NCBI GenBank assembly: GCA_003153015.1
Contig: PMBS01000073.1
Location: 21,326-61,975 of the forward strand
Source of the DNA: Myxococcales bacterium
Lineage (GTDB): Bacteria > Myxococcota_A > Polyangia > Fen-1088
DNA length: 40,650 nucleotides
Reading direction: 5' to 3'
Part shown: one piece after another, positions 27,304 through 37,204 of the stretch
How positions within the stretch are numbered: position 1 is the stretch's first letter
Layout of the letters: every line of letters begins with the position of its first letter
The notes under the pieces: model-generated
What the model saw: only the letters and a program-made list of their open reading frames with translations
Databases searched by the model: none
Told to the model about the DNA's origin: nothing
Made by a program: the position numbers and the translations under genes

Positions 27304-28710
27304 CTACGCCAAGGACGGGAACGCTGTCTCGGATCCCGCCACACCTTGAGGATCGGTCATCTCGGGTCGCGACAGCTCCAGGTTCAGCCGGGCGAGCGCC
27401 CCGGCCAGAAACAGGACGAGCGGATTGCCCAGGCCATTGGGCAGAAGATCGAAGACATGGCAGGCCACTACGATGGCCAGGCCCGCCAAGAGGAAGCGGT
27501 CACCTGGCTCCCGTAGTCGCTTCATCACGCGCGACGCGCGCATCACCGGATAGAGCAGGAGACCGAACGAGCAGGCAAGCCGCAGGAGCCCACCGCCGGA
27601 GAGTACGATGATCCAGTAGCCGTCGGTCACAACCGTATCCCTTCCGGTATCGTCATAGATCCGGTTTCGGCCGAACTCGCCCCAGCCTAGCCACAGCCGA
27701 TCGAGGGCACGGTCAATAAGCCGCTTGTCATTGTCGAAGCGGAACTGGAGCGAGTCAGCGCGTTCGGGGCTCAGATGGTCGCGCGTGAATTCCCTGATGG
27801 CCTGCTTAGGAAATACCCCCGCGAGCTTGACGACGGGATAAGCGACACACACTGCTGCCAACAGCACGGCGACGCGGATCTGCCGACGTGGACTTGCTAA
27901 CGCCACGACGGGCAGCGTGACCAGGCCCATGATGATAGCGCCAGTGCTGCGGCAGAGGACCAAGATCGTGACCAGGTACAGCGTCGACCAGCGCGTGGGC
28001 AATCCCAAGCGCCGCTTCGTGATGCGTCCTTCGGTGGCGGCGAAAAGCGCCGCTGCCAGTGCGAACAGACCCACGGTCAAGCCATGTGCGAGGAACACGG
28101 TGGGACGGTAGCCACCCCAGCGAACGGTCTGCGAAAAATCGGAGTGGAAGTGGTAGCCATAGATCCACCTATGCAGGTTTGGGCTCATCCGCATTTCGAA
28201 CAGCATGAAGAGCGAGTAGACCAGGCCCAGCCCAACGAAGGTGCGCACGAGTGTGCGGGCATCGCGGTTTGAGGTGACGACCAGCCGGCCGACCAGATAG
28301 GGCACCGCGACCTCGAAGAAGAAGCGGACGAGCAAAGCCAGCAGGTCGTGCATGGTGTATCCGGGCACCACCAGGGGCCCGAAAGTCAGGGTGTCGCGAT
28401 TGTTGAACACGGTGAGCACGATCGCCGGAATCATGAGAAGCATGAACGCGTCCCCGCCACGGCCCAGGCGCGCGCGACGCCACTGTCGGGGGGAAAAAGC
28501 CAGCATGCCAACCAGGGCGCAGACCGTCGCCACCTCGTGCTTGCCGAGGGGGGGGATAAGAGGCGCGTCGAAGGCGACCAACCCTGGCAAGAACAGTATG
28601 CCAACCAGCACGACGAGCATCGCCGCCTTGGCCGGCCGCATGAGCAAGAAGGCGAGCGCCGACAGCGGCACGTAGGCCGCGAGCACGAAGTATGCGAAGA
28701 ATCCAGGCAC
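27304..28710 (-). CDS. wzy: Putative Wzy polysaccharide polymerase (O-antigen polymerase/ligase-like)
   Basis: More than 10 TM segments, RWGGYRPTVFLAHGL, LCRSTGA, periplasmic loop RADSLQFRF...WLGWGEFGR...TDGYWI; EPS locus context. Confidence 0.72.
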   Translation of the reverse strand: MPGFFAYFVLAAYVPLSALAFLLMRPAKAAMLVVLVGILFLPGLVAFDAPLIPPLGKHEVATVCALVGMLAFSPRQWRRARLGRGGDAFMLLMIPAIVLTVFNNRDTLTFGPLVVPGYTMHDLLALLVRFFFEVAVPYLVGRLVVTSNRDARTLVRTFVGLGLVYSLFMLFEMRMSPNLHRWIYGYHFHSDFSQTVRWGGYRPTVFLAHGLTVGLFALAAALFAATEGRITKRRLGLPTRWSTLYLVTILVLCRSTGAIIMGLVTLPVVALASPRRQIRVAVLLAAVCVAYPVVKLAGVFPKQAIREFTRDHLSPERADSLQFRFDNDKRLIDRALDRLWLGWGEFGRNRIYDDTGRDTVVTDGYWIIVLSGGGLLRLACSFGLLLYPVMRASRVMKRLREPGDRFLLAGLAIVVACHVFDLLPNGLGNPLVLFLAGALARLNLELSRPEMTDPQGVAGSETAFPSLA

Positions 28711-28867
28711 AGCCGAGCGTCTCTCCTGTGTTCGGGAGCAAAGGTAGCAAACTACAGGGGATAAGGGGTGGGAGGAATGCTCTTTGTCACCAGACTCCAG
28801 AATCCCGTGGGCCGAAAAGGGCGCGGCGTCGGATCTTCAGCTCGCTTGTGCTACGCTCCCGCCCCAC

Positions 28868-30346
28868 ATGAACGAGGACCTTGCCCAGCCACCCCCGTTG
28901 CCGACTTCGCATGAAGCGGCCTCAACAGGCGCGGCTGAACGCCGGAATACACTGAACAGGGCAGCCTGGAAAGGCTCCACCATCACGTTGATCGGGCAGG
29001 GGGCTAGTTCAGCGATTCGCTTCGGCTCCAACCTGATAATCACTCGCTTGCTCCTGCCCGAGCATTTCGGACTCATGGCGCTGGTGACGACCTTTCAGGT
29101 GGGGCTGGCCCTTTTTTCCGACACGGGCGTGGGTCCCAACATCGTTCAGAACCCCAAGGGGGAGGAGCCAATCTTCTTCAACACGGCCTGGACCGTGCAA
29201 GCCATCCGCGGTGTCTTGCTGTGGCTCGCGATATCTCTACTCGCCTGGCCGCTGTCGCGGTTGTACCACCAGCCCCAACTGCTCACGCTACTGCCTGTGG
29301 CCGGACTGATGGCACTGTGCGGCGGGCTGGAGTCCACGCGCGGGTTGATACTGAACCGTCACCTCTCCTTTCTTGCCATAACTTTGCTTGAACTGGCCAC
29401 GCAAGTGGTGAATGTGGCGGCCATGATCGGGCTGGCGCTGGCCTGGCGTTCGGTCTGGGTTCTCGTCTTGGCCAACGTCCTGGCGGCGTTGGTGCGGACC
29501 ATCCTCAGTCATACCATCCTGCCCGGTCCACCCAACCGTTTCGCATGGGATCCTGCCGCGCTCCGATCGCTGATTGAATTCGGACGCTGGATCTTCGTCA
29601 GCACGGCGCTGACTTTTCTGGCCACGCAGAGCGATCGGCTGATTCTCGGCAAGCTTGTGCCCGTGGCCCAGCTGGGATTCTACTCCATCGCAGCCGGCCT
29701 AGCCGCCGTACCGCAACAGATTGTTCAGCGGTTGGGTGGGCTGGTCTTTTTTCCCGTTGTCGCAACGGCGATGAGGCAAGCGGACCATGACCCGACCTCC
29801 ATTCGCACCAAGCGCGCCAACCTTCTGCTGGCCATGGCGCCACTCATGGCGCTCGGTGTGGCCCTGTCGCCGGCTCTGGTGCGGTTGATGTATCGGCCGA
29901 ACTTTCATCCCGTGGGGATACTCGCCTCCTATCTCTGTATCGGAACCTGGCTGACCATGGTCTCCACCTCGTACACCATCGTGTTGCTGGCGGGAGCCCG
30001 TCCCAAGTACATGAGCCTGGGCCAGTTGATGAAGGTGATCCTCCTGGTGGGCCCGGCGTGGATCGCGGCGACCCGCTTCGGCGCCGTCGGCGTGGCGGTC
30101 GTGGTCAGCCTGTCTGAACTTGGCCTCATCGCCGTCAGCATGGTCGGCTGTCGGCGCTTCAAGGTCGTGTCGGTGGGGTGGGACCTGGGCATCACGCTGA
30201 CGGGGGCGGCGTTGGTCGGAATCTTCCTGCTGCTGCACAGTCTCTTCCTGCGCCTCACTGGAATACCCGTGGTGGCGCTGGTCATGGTCAGCGTCATTGG
30301 TCTGGGTTGCGTCGCCGGAATCGCGAAAAAGGTCGGGCTAGTATGA
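28868..30346 (+). CDS. wzx: Oligosaccharide flippase (PST/MOP family)
   Basis: TRLLLPEHFGLMAL, FSDTGVG, NTAWT, DRLILGK, LGFYSIA; about 12-14 TMs. ATG 28868 is preferred. Confidence 0.9.
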   Translation: MNEDLAQPPPLPTSHEAASTGAAERRNTLNRAAWKGSTITLIGQGASSAIRFGSNLIITRLLLPEHFGLMALVTTFQVGLALFSDTGVGPNIVQNPKGEEPIFFNTAWTVQAIRGVLLWLAISLLAWPLSRLYHQPQLLTLLPVAGLMALCGGLESTRGLILNRHLSFLAITLLELATQVVNVAAMIGLALAWRSVWVLVLANVLAALVRTILSHTILPGPPNRFAWDPAALRSLIEFGRWIFVSTALTFLATQSDRLILGKLVPVAQLGFYSIAAGLAAVPQQIVQRLGGLVFFPVVATAMRQADHDPTSIRTKRANLLLAMAPLMALGVALSPALVRLMYRPNFHPVGILASYLCIGTWLTMVSTSYTIVLLAGARPKYMSLGQLMKVILLVGPAWIAATRFGAVGVAVVVSLSELGLIAVSMVGCRRFKVVSVGWDLGITLTGAALVGIFLLLHSLFLRLTGIPVVALVMVSVIGLGCVAGIAKKVGLV

Positions 30347-30600
30347 ACGAGGCCGCCTCGCTTCCGTCGCCAGCGCACTTGCCGGTGTGCAGCCTATGGG
30401 GATGCGCTTGGCGCGGGTATTTGCTTCGCCGCCATGAGCGGAATGCCCTGGGTGCGCTTCTTGCCATGCTGCTGACCTGCGCGTGGCTGACGGCGCACCG
30501 CTCGCGTGGGCATCTCGGCTGCAGGGCGATCTGGCCGAAAGGGCTGCTCGGGACGGGCGCTCACTCTATTTGCTTGGCGGGACCCATGCCGCCAATCTGA
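30343..30600 (+). pseudogene. Short remnant ORF translationally coupled to wzx, possibly a collapsed acyltransferase-3 gene
   Basis: ATGA overlap with the wzx stop; MNEAASLPSPAHLPV..., a hydrophobic stretch and LLGTGAHSICL give a weak resemblance to acyltransferase motifs. Confidence 0.3.
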
Positions 30601-30631
30601 GTGTAATGACCATGTGAACGCAACAGTGTTC

Positions 30632-31678
30632 CTACCGCTTTGGTGCTTTGTGTTCGATGATGGCGCTAGGGCTCCTGGCAAGGCGGCGCAGCCAGTACTC
30701 CGCCAGGCCAAGTCCTTCGGGAAGCTTTCCGAGGACGCAGAATTGGGCGTAGAGCCGAGCGTCGGCAGGGCTGCGGCCTTGCTTGCGAGATGCACGGTAG
30801 GTGCGCCAGCCCAGTGCTGGATAGCCCGCGAGCAGGGCAAGGCTGAGGCCGACGGTAGGGATGGAGAGCCCAATGGCCAGGATGGGAACTGCCAAACCCC
30901 AAAAAGCTATGCTTCGGTTCTCGCGCTGCCAGAAGCGGCCTGGTTCATGGCGGTGGCGGGCAGCACCCTCGGCGTAGGCATGCCCGCCGCGCCGGACCCG
31001 GCGCCACCACTGGCCAAAGCGCAGCATAGCAGCGTCGTGCAAGGCCATCTCTGCGTCCAGGCGCAAGACACGATAGCCACGCTGGCGCAGACGGAAGCAG
31101 AGGTCGGGTTCCTCGCCCGCGATCAGGTCGGGCCGAAAGCCTTTCACTTCAGCAAAGGCTGCGATTCGCATCATGGCGATCCCACCCGAGGATTCTGCTG
31201 GGCCCGCGGGCCTGTCCCATTCCAGGTCGCACAACCGGTTGTAGATCGAGGCCTCGGGGAAACGCTCGCGCAACCGCCCGCAGACCACGGCCAGACCGGA
31301 GTCGCGCGCAAGGGCGGTGGCGCCCGCGTGAAGCCAGCCCGGCCGCAGCTCGCAGTCACCATCCAGGAATTGCACGAAGGGGATCTCCGGATTCATCGCG
31401 CGCAACCGTTCGAGTCCGGCGTTGCGCGCGCGTGCCGCGGTGAAGGGACGCTCCAGAGCCACCACGGCGGCGCCCCACGTCTGGGCGTGTTCCAAGCTGC
31501 CATCGCTCGATCCCGAGTCTACATACACGATCCGCTCGGCCTGGCCTGTCAGGGATCGCAGACAGGTTTTCAGTCGCTCCCCCTCGTTGCGGCCAATGAC
31601 GACGATCCCAGCGGCGCCCTCGGTGAGAGGAGGTTCTGCCGTCCTAGGGGCCTGGGGAGAGTCAGGTGGAAAGGCCAA
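30632..31678 (-). CDS. Glycosyltransferase family 2
   Basis: VVIGRNEGERL, YVDSGSSDGS, FTAARARNAG, FLDGDC, GEEPDLCFRL. Confidence 0.92.
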   Translation of the reverse strand: MAFPPDSPQAPRTAEPPLTEGAAGIVVIGRNEGERLKTCLRSLTGQAERIVYVDSGSSDGSLEHAQTWGAAVVALERPFTAARARNAGLERLRAMNPEIPFVQFLDGDCELRPGWLHAGATALARDSGLAVVCGRLRERFPEASIYNRLCDLEWDRPAGPAESSGGIAMMRIAAFAEVKGFRPDLIAGEEPDLCFRLRQRGYRVLRLDAEMALHDAAMLRFGQWWRRVRRGGHAYAEGAARHRHEPGRFWQRENRSIAFWGLAVPILAIGLSIPTVGLSLALLAGYPALGWRTYRASRKQGRSPADARLYAQFCVLGKLPEGLGLAEYWLRRLARSPSAIIEHKAPKR

Positions 31679-31780
31679 AGCTCGCCATAGTTACCACGCT
31701 GGTGGGCCCGGCGTCGTCAGAACCTTCCTGGGGTGGTTCGCCGCGGGGCTCCCAGTCCTGGCCGCGCAGGCAGGCGGCGT

Positions 31781-31891
31781 CCGCACGCGATGGCGACGGT
31801 GCGCAACCTGGCGATCAGCCTGCTGCGCCTGGCGGGCGTGGAGAACATCGCGGCCGCGACCCGCTATCTCGGTCGGCATGTCGAGCGTCCT
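31781..31891 (+). mobile_element. ISAs1-family transposase C-terminal remnant
   Basis: PHAMATVRNLAISLLRLAGVENIAAATRYLGRHVERP matches the typical ISAs1 C-terminus (MATLRNLAISLLRLAG..NIAAA.R). A possible degenerate IR lies at 32051-32070. Confidence 0.7.
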
Positions 31892-32148
31892 CGAACCACA
31901 GGCGCGAGCCAAGCCGCCCTCGGCCGAGGGGCATGGAGTCGTACGCCTGCACCTGCCGCATTGAACTGGTCCGCGCCCTTCGCGCAGCCCGCCGGTGTCT
32001 CGCCTGCGGCCGTCGAGCCGGCAAGACGCCGCCCGCCCCGCGTTCCCCCCGGACTTTGTCCGTCGCCCCGATTCAGGATCTGACGGACTTGACGTCGCTC
32101 TGGACCTGCGCCTAGAGTCCATTCTTGGTTCTTGCTGAAAACCACCGA

Positions 32149-32985
32149 ATGAAACTCCCCAATCTCAGCTACATGATGAGCGTCGGAGAGTTGCGCTATA
32201 TCCAATCCTACTTCGAGAAACCCGAATACCGAAACCCTGATTCGGAAGTTGGCGCTTTCTTGACGCTGTCAAAACGGATCCGCTGTATGCTTCGCGGAAC
32301 CATGCTCCTGTCTCGGAGTAGAGCCGACCCATTCTACTACTATGTCCTCGCCCGCACGCGATACTACGACCAGGTTTTTTGCGACGCCGTACACGACTCC
32401 TTGAAAACGATTGTGAACGTGGGCTGTGGCAGCGATACCCGCGCCTATCGTTTTGCGCGTCAGCTGAGAGAAGAGGGCGTCACCGTTTTGGAGTGCGATC
32501 AGGAGAGGGCAATTCGCGCGAAAGAGCAAATCGCCCGGCGGAAGTGGTCAACGGACCATGTCAAGTACGTCTGCGTAGATCTGAACGACAATGTTTGGCT
32601 CGATTTCATACGATCCCTAGGTGAGCACGAAAACCAGCCTATTCTTGTGATCATGGAAGGCGTGAGCCCCTATGTTTGCGACGATTCCTTCAGGTCTTTT
32701 CTGCGTCTTCTCGCCACCAGCCTTCGTCCAGGGAGTGCGGTTGCCTACGATTTCAAACTCCGCGGCATGGCAGATGCCTTTGGAAGGTCCCACGAAGGGC
32801 AGAACCTATTTCGACTGCCCGGAAATCGACAAGAAATAGACGACTATCACCGCGAGCTCGGATTCGAGCTGCGGCACATGGAACTCAGTTCCGAGCTATC
32901 GCGAAGGGTGCAGCCCCAGCTTGGAACCTCGTTCAACGAGGACTGTCTAGTGCGGCTCGTCACCACCGGTTCAGTCAGGCCGTAG
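32149..32985 (+). CDS. Class I SAM-dependent methyltransferase (leucine carboxyl methyltransferase/O-methyltransferase-like)
   Basis: ARTRYYD, IVNVGCGSDTRAYRF, LECDQ, VDLND, IMEGVSPYV. Confidence 0.85.
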   Translation: MKLPNLSYMMSVGELRYIQSYFEKPEYRNPDSEVGAFLTLSKRIRCMLRGTMLLSRSRADPFYYYVLARTRYYDQVFCDAVHDSLKTIVNVGCGSDTRAYRFARQLREEGVTVLECDQERAIRAKEQIARRKWSTDHVKYVCVDLNDNVWLDFIRSLGEHENQPILVIMEGVSPYVCDDSFRSFLRLLATSLRPGSAVAYDFKLRGMADAFGRSHEGQNLFRLPGNRQEIDDYHRELGFELRHMELSSELSRRVQPQLGTSFNEDCLVRLVTTGSVRP

Positions 32986-33005
32986 GGACAGCGCTGTCAG
33001 CGTCG

Positions 33006-34223
33006 ATGCGCATCGCGTACCTAGTCAATCAGTACCCCAAGATCAGCCACACCTTTATCCGAAGGGAAATCCTTGCGCTCGAGAAGTCAGGCGTGGAGAT
33101 CGTTCGAGTCGCCGTACGTGGGCATACGACCGAATCTCTGGAGCCGAGTGATGCGGAGGAGGTCGGCAAGACACGGTACATTCTGAAGGCGCCAGTCGCA
33201 GAGATCCTCGGTTGCTGCGCGCGCGCGCTGTTTTCTCACCCCGGGCTGTTTCTGGCAACGCTGGTTTGTGCATTCAAGCTTGGCCTGCGACGCGACGGGG
33301 ACACATTTAGACAGTTGGCCTACTTTGCCGAGGCATGCGTGCTGAAGATCTGGCTGCGCAAGGACGGCGTGACCCATGTTCACGCCCACTTCGGTACCAA
33401 CGCGGCCGCGGTCGCGATGTTCTGCAAAGGACTGGGAGGGCCGACGTATAGCTTCACGGTCCACGGTCCGGATGAGTTCGATCGGCCACTAGGGCTCGCT
33501 CTTCGTGAGAAGGTGCAGAATGCAGAGTTCGTCGCCACGATCTCGTCCTTCTGCCGAAGCCAGCTCTACCGCTGGTCGCGCTTTTCGGACTGGGACAAGA
33601 TTCACGTCGTCCGCTGCGCGCTCGATGTGTCCTATTTTGTCGCTGAAGGTCCAGCAATCACGGAAAGGCCGAAGTTGCTATGCGTGGGCCGTTTGAGTGA
33701 GGAGAAGGGGCAGATGCTCATCGTAAGAGCCGCACGCACCCTTGTGGAACGTGGAATCGAAATTGAGGTAGTCCTGGCCGGGGACGGTCCCTTGCGAGAG
33801 GCCATCGAGAGCGAGATTCGGCGTTGCGGTCTCGAAACAGTCGTCCGCATTGCAGGCTGGGTAGACAATGAACGTGTGCGCGCTCTCCTGGCGGAAGCGC
33901 GAGCGCTGGTTGTCGCGAGCTTCGCGGAAGGGCTTCCAGTCGTGATTATGGAAGCCTTCGCCATGAATCGACCTGTTCTCTCGACCCACATCGCCGGTAT
34001 TCCAGAGCTCGTCGAGAACGAAGTGAGCGGATGGTTGTTTGCCCCGGGCGACATCGGACAGCTAGCGGATGCCATGCATGAGGCCGTTCGGGCCGAACCT
34101 ATCCGCTTGGCGGAGATGGGCAAGAAAGGGAAGAAGCGTACCCTAGAGCGCCATCTGGCGAGCGTGGAAGCCGGAAAGCTCAGGGAGCTTTTTGCTGCCA
34201 CGTTCCGCTGCCTTGGTGCATAG
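33006..34223 (+). CDS. Glycosyltransferase family 4 (WcaL-like)
   Basis: MRIAYLVNQYPKISHTFIRREI, HVHAHFGTN, SFTVHGPDEF, VGRLSEEKG, SFAEGLPVVIMEAFA, IAGIPELV. Confidence 0.93.
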   Translation: MRIAYLVNQYPKISHTFIRREILALEKSGVEIVRVAVRGHTTESLEPSDAEEVGKTRYILKAPVAEILGCCARALFSHPGLFLATLVCAFKLGLRRDGDTFRQLAYFAEACVLKIWLRKDGVTHVHAHFGTNAAAVAMFCKGLGGPTYSFTVHGPDEFDRPLGLALREKVQNAEFVATISSFCRSQLYRWSRFSDWDKIHVVRCALDVSYFVAEGPAITERPKLLCVGRLSEEKGQMLIVRAARTLVERGIEIEVVLAGDGPLREAIESEIRRCGLETVVRIAGWVDNERVRALLAEARALVVASFAEGLPVVIMEAFAMNRPVLSTHIAGIPELVENEVSGWLFAPGDIGQLADAMHEAVRAEPIRLAEMGKKGKKRTLERHLASVEAGKLRELFAATFRCLGA

Positions 34224-34276
34224 CTCTTTGCGCCATTCGTGCAGTCTGGGTGTATCCTGGGATTCTGGAGTTGCCT

Positions 34277-34600
34277 ATGACCGCCTTCAAGCGCAGCCAA
34301 GCCAAATACGTCAAGGGCGCGTACAAGATCACGAACTGGCCCGAGTACGAAGCGGGTTGCGACAACGAGGCAGCCTGACGGTGTGGGTTTCTGAGGATGA
34401 GTTGAAGGGATGGGGTCCACCAAGGGACGGACGGCGAAAGCCTGGTGGTCAGGTTCAGTATTCCAACCGTGCCATAGAGATAGCCCTGACGGTGGGCATG
34501 GTTTTCCATCTTCGCTTGCGGCGGACGGAGGGCTTCCTCCGATCTCTGTTCTCGGTGCTCGTTCTGGACGGCCAAGTCCCAGACCAAACGTGTCCTTCCG
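34277..34600 (+). mobile_element. IS5-family (IS903-group-like) transposase 5' fragment, frameshifted
   Basis: GGAG RBS, then MTAFKRSQAKYVKGAYKITNWPEYEAG / frameshift / LRQRGSLTVW...GGQVQYSNRAIE...LRLRRTEGFLRS...VPD; the DDE core is absent. Confidence 0.82.
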
Positions 34601-34799
34601 GGGCGCGTGCGTAACCGTGGGGTGGCGCACAGCGCAGAATTGTCGGCCCGTCCTGAACTGGGCGCTGACGGCTGACGCCGCAATCAGGATGAGGGGGGAT
34701 CGAGCGCGGCTAGCGCTTCGTGGTAATTCCAGGGCATCCAGGCGGCTGGGTCGTCGGCGGCTGCCTGGGGGCGGCGCAGGAGCGCGACCAGGCCGTCCA

Positions 34800-35990
34800 G
34801 CCGACAAGAAGGCGTTCGTGCCTCCTGAGTCGGCGAAGTTGCAGGCCCTGGACCAGCTCAATGGGGCTCTGGTCCTGCGGGCCGCCGACCCGAAGTGCAC
34901 GACCGCGACTATCGACCACGATGGCCCCATGATCGAGTCTCACAAGCGGGACGCGTTGGTTGCGTGCCAGGGGACGCGCGGCTACCAGCCGCTGGTCGCT
35001 ACCTGGGCGGAAGAGCAGTTGGTGGTGGCGGACGAGTTTCGCGACGGCAACGTCGCCGGCGGCGAAGATCCGCTCAGCTCGGTCAAGCCAGCGTTTGGCA
35101 AGCTGCCCGCGACGGTGACCAAGCGCTACTTCCGCGGAGACTCTGCCGACTACTACGAGCCTTTGCTCAAGTACCTGGTGGGCGAGAAGATCGGCTTTGC
35201 GATCAGCGTCGACATGAGCAAGGAGTTGCGCGCGGTCTGCGCAGGAGAGCCGGAGAGCGCTTGGCAGGAGATGGGTAAACCGGAGCGTGAACAGGTCGAC
35301 GTGGCCGAAGTGGAGTTCACACCTAGGATGTGGGGCATGGATGCCGAGCCGCTGCGCTACATCGCTTTGCGGTTCACGCCCCTGCATACCGATCTCTTCG
35401 AAGGCGCGACCGTCAAATACCACGCCGTGGTCAACAACCGCAGCGAGCTTGAGCCCGCGGCACTTATCGAGTGGCATCGAGGGAAAGCGGGGACGATCGA
35501 GCACGTACACCGTGTGCTCAAGAGCGAGCTGGCCGTCGGGGTCATGCCATGTCAGCTGTTCGGTGCAAACGCCGCGTGGTTCAGAATCAACATCATCATG
35601 TACAACCTGCTCACGGCGCTCAAACGCAAAGCCCTGCCTGAGCGGTACCGACTGGCCCGTCCGAAGCGCCTCCGGTTCGAGGTGTTCACGCTGCCCGCCA
35701 AGCTGGCCATCCACGAGAGTCAGCTCTCCGTGCAGATCTCTATCGCCCATGAGCGACTCGAGGAAATCATTGCAGCGCGCCAGCAGCTCCTCCAGATGCT
35801 TGAGTCCACGCGAGCTTGAAGTTGGGGCCCCCGCGGGGCCCTACCGCTCGGACACGGGTGCGGCTGCGGCCGGGGCCGCCTTCCACGCGCCCGGTAGCGG
35901 CTACCAGGAGGAATGCGTCCATGTCCTCTCCGCGTCGTGCCGGGGCTGCCGAGGTCCCGGTCGGCAAGAGAAGAGCGGAGTTATGGGGAA
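34800..35990 (+). mobile_element. IS1380-family transposase remnant, 5'-truncated (coding to 35819)
   Basis: ATIDHD, GYQPL, EFRDGNV, FRGDSA, HRGKAGTIEHVHRVLKSEL, PCQLFGANAAWF, KRLRF. The N-terminus is missing; a partial IR-like TTATGGGGAA is at 35981-35990. Confidence 0.8.
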
Positions 35991-36069
35991 GGCGCCATCA
36001 GTGACATCCACCCACAAATGCAATAGAGTTGCTGGATTTCGTATGAGGAACACACCCTGAGGTATCGGC

Positions 36070-37059
36070 GTGAGTAACTCCACAGAATTTCATCCCAAGG
36101 TCGTTGCGGTCGTATTGACCTGGAACGACATCGACATGACAGCGCGCTGCATCGACTCCCTGCTCGCGACGGGCTATCCGGGCTTGGGCATCGTCGTGGT
36201 GGACAACGGGTCCAACCCGCCCGGCTGCCCAATCCTCAAGCAGCGCTTCCCCTCCATCGAACCCGTCCAGCTCCCCGAGAATCTGGGATTCACGGGAGGC
36301 TGCAACCGAGGTCTGACACGGGCCATGGAGCTCGGCGCGGACCACATTTTCCTCCTCAACAACGACACGATCGTCGAACAAAAGGCGATCGAGCGGCTCG
36401 TCGAAGCCATGGAGGCAATGCCCGAGGTCGGGCTGGCGAGTGCGGTGCTGTTGCGTCCCGGTGCTGAGAAGCGCATCGGGTTCCTCCACTGCAAGATCTC
36501 CCGGGATTCACTCCACCAAGAGCGCCTGCATGAGAACGAGTTGCTTTCGGACATCCATCAGAAGATCTATGAAGTCGATTTCGTGCCGGCCTGCGCTGTC
36601 ATGTTCCGTCCCCAGGCCTTGAATGCGGTTGGACTCTTCGACGAAACGCTTTTCACGAACTGGGAAGACTACGACCTCTGTTGCCGCTTGGTCGACGGCG
36701 GTTGGCGGATCATCACGGTCGGCACGGCTGAAGTCGTGCACGCCCACGGCCAGACCACGGGGCGAAACTCGCCCTTCATCACCTACCTTTTCACCAGGAA
36801 TCGTCTGATCTGCCTTTTTCGCTATGGGAAATTCGGAGCCATGCTCCGGCAATCGCCGCAAATTCTTCGGGAGTTCCACTGGCAAGTTCGGGACTACGGC
36901 TGGACGAACTGGCCCGCGCACCGGGCGTTTGTCAGAGGGGTGATCGATTTCCTCCTCGGGGTCCGGGGGAAAGGCCACCTCCCAGCCGACCGTCGCGATC
37001 GGGTCAAACAAGATGCTCCGTCCAAGACAGCCGAGTCTCCAGCGTCCCGGCCCGGGTGA
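36070..37059 (+). CDS. Glycosyltransferase family 2 (rhamnosyltransferase-like)
   Basis: VVLTWN, VVDNGS, NLGFTGGCNRG, LLNND, GLFDE..F...EDYDLC, RNRL. Confidence 0.92.
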   Translation: MSNSTEFHPKVVAVVLTWNDIDMTARCIDSLLATGYPGLGIVVVDNGSNPPGCPILKQRFPSIEPVQLPENLGFTGGCNRGLTRAMELGADHIFLLNNDTIVEQKAIERLVEAMEAMPEVGLASAVLLRPGAEKRIGFLHCKISRDSLHQERLHENELLSDIHQKIYEVDFVPACAVMFRPQALNAVGLFDETLFTNWEDYDLCCRLVDGGWRIITVGTAEVVHAHGQTTGRNSPFITYLFTRNRLICLFRYGKFGAMLRQSPQILREFHWQVRDYGWTNWPAHRAFVRGVIDFLLGVRGKGHLPADRRDRVKQDAPSKTAESPASRPG

Positions 37060-37204
37060 TCCGCCCGATCGATTGAAACAGGATCCAGATCCAGAGTCCC
37101 CGGTTGACTCTCGTCTGCCCGGCAGGGAAGATGTGAGCGCACATACTTGGTGAGGGTACCGCTGTCCTCTTTCCGCTCTTCAACCTACTTTTTCACGAGG
37201 CCCG

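Noticed and set aside
35880-37204. ops/JUMPstart element ahead of the glycan genes
   Set aside because: Only a partial CGGTAGCG occurs near 35892, within the IS remnant; there is no full GGCGGTAG in context.
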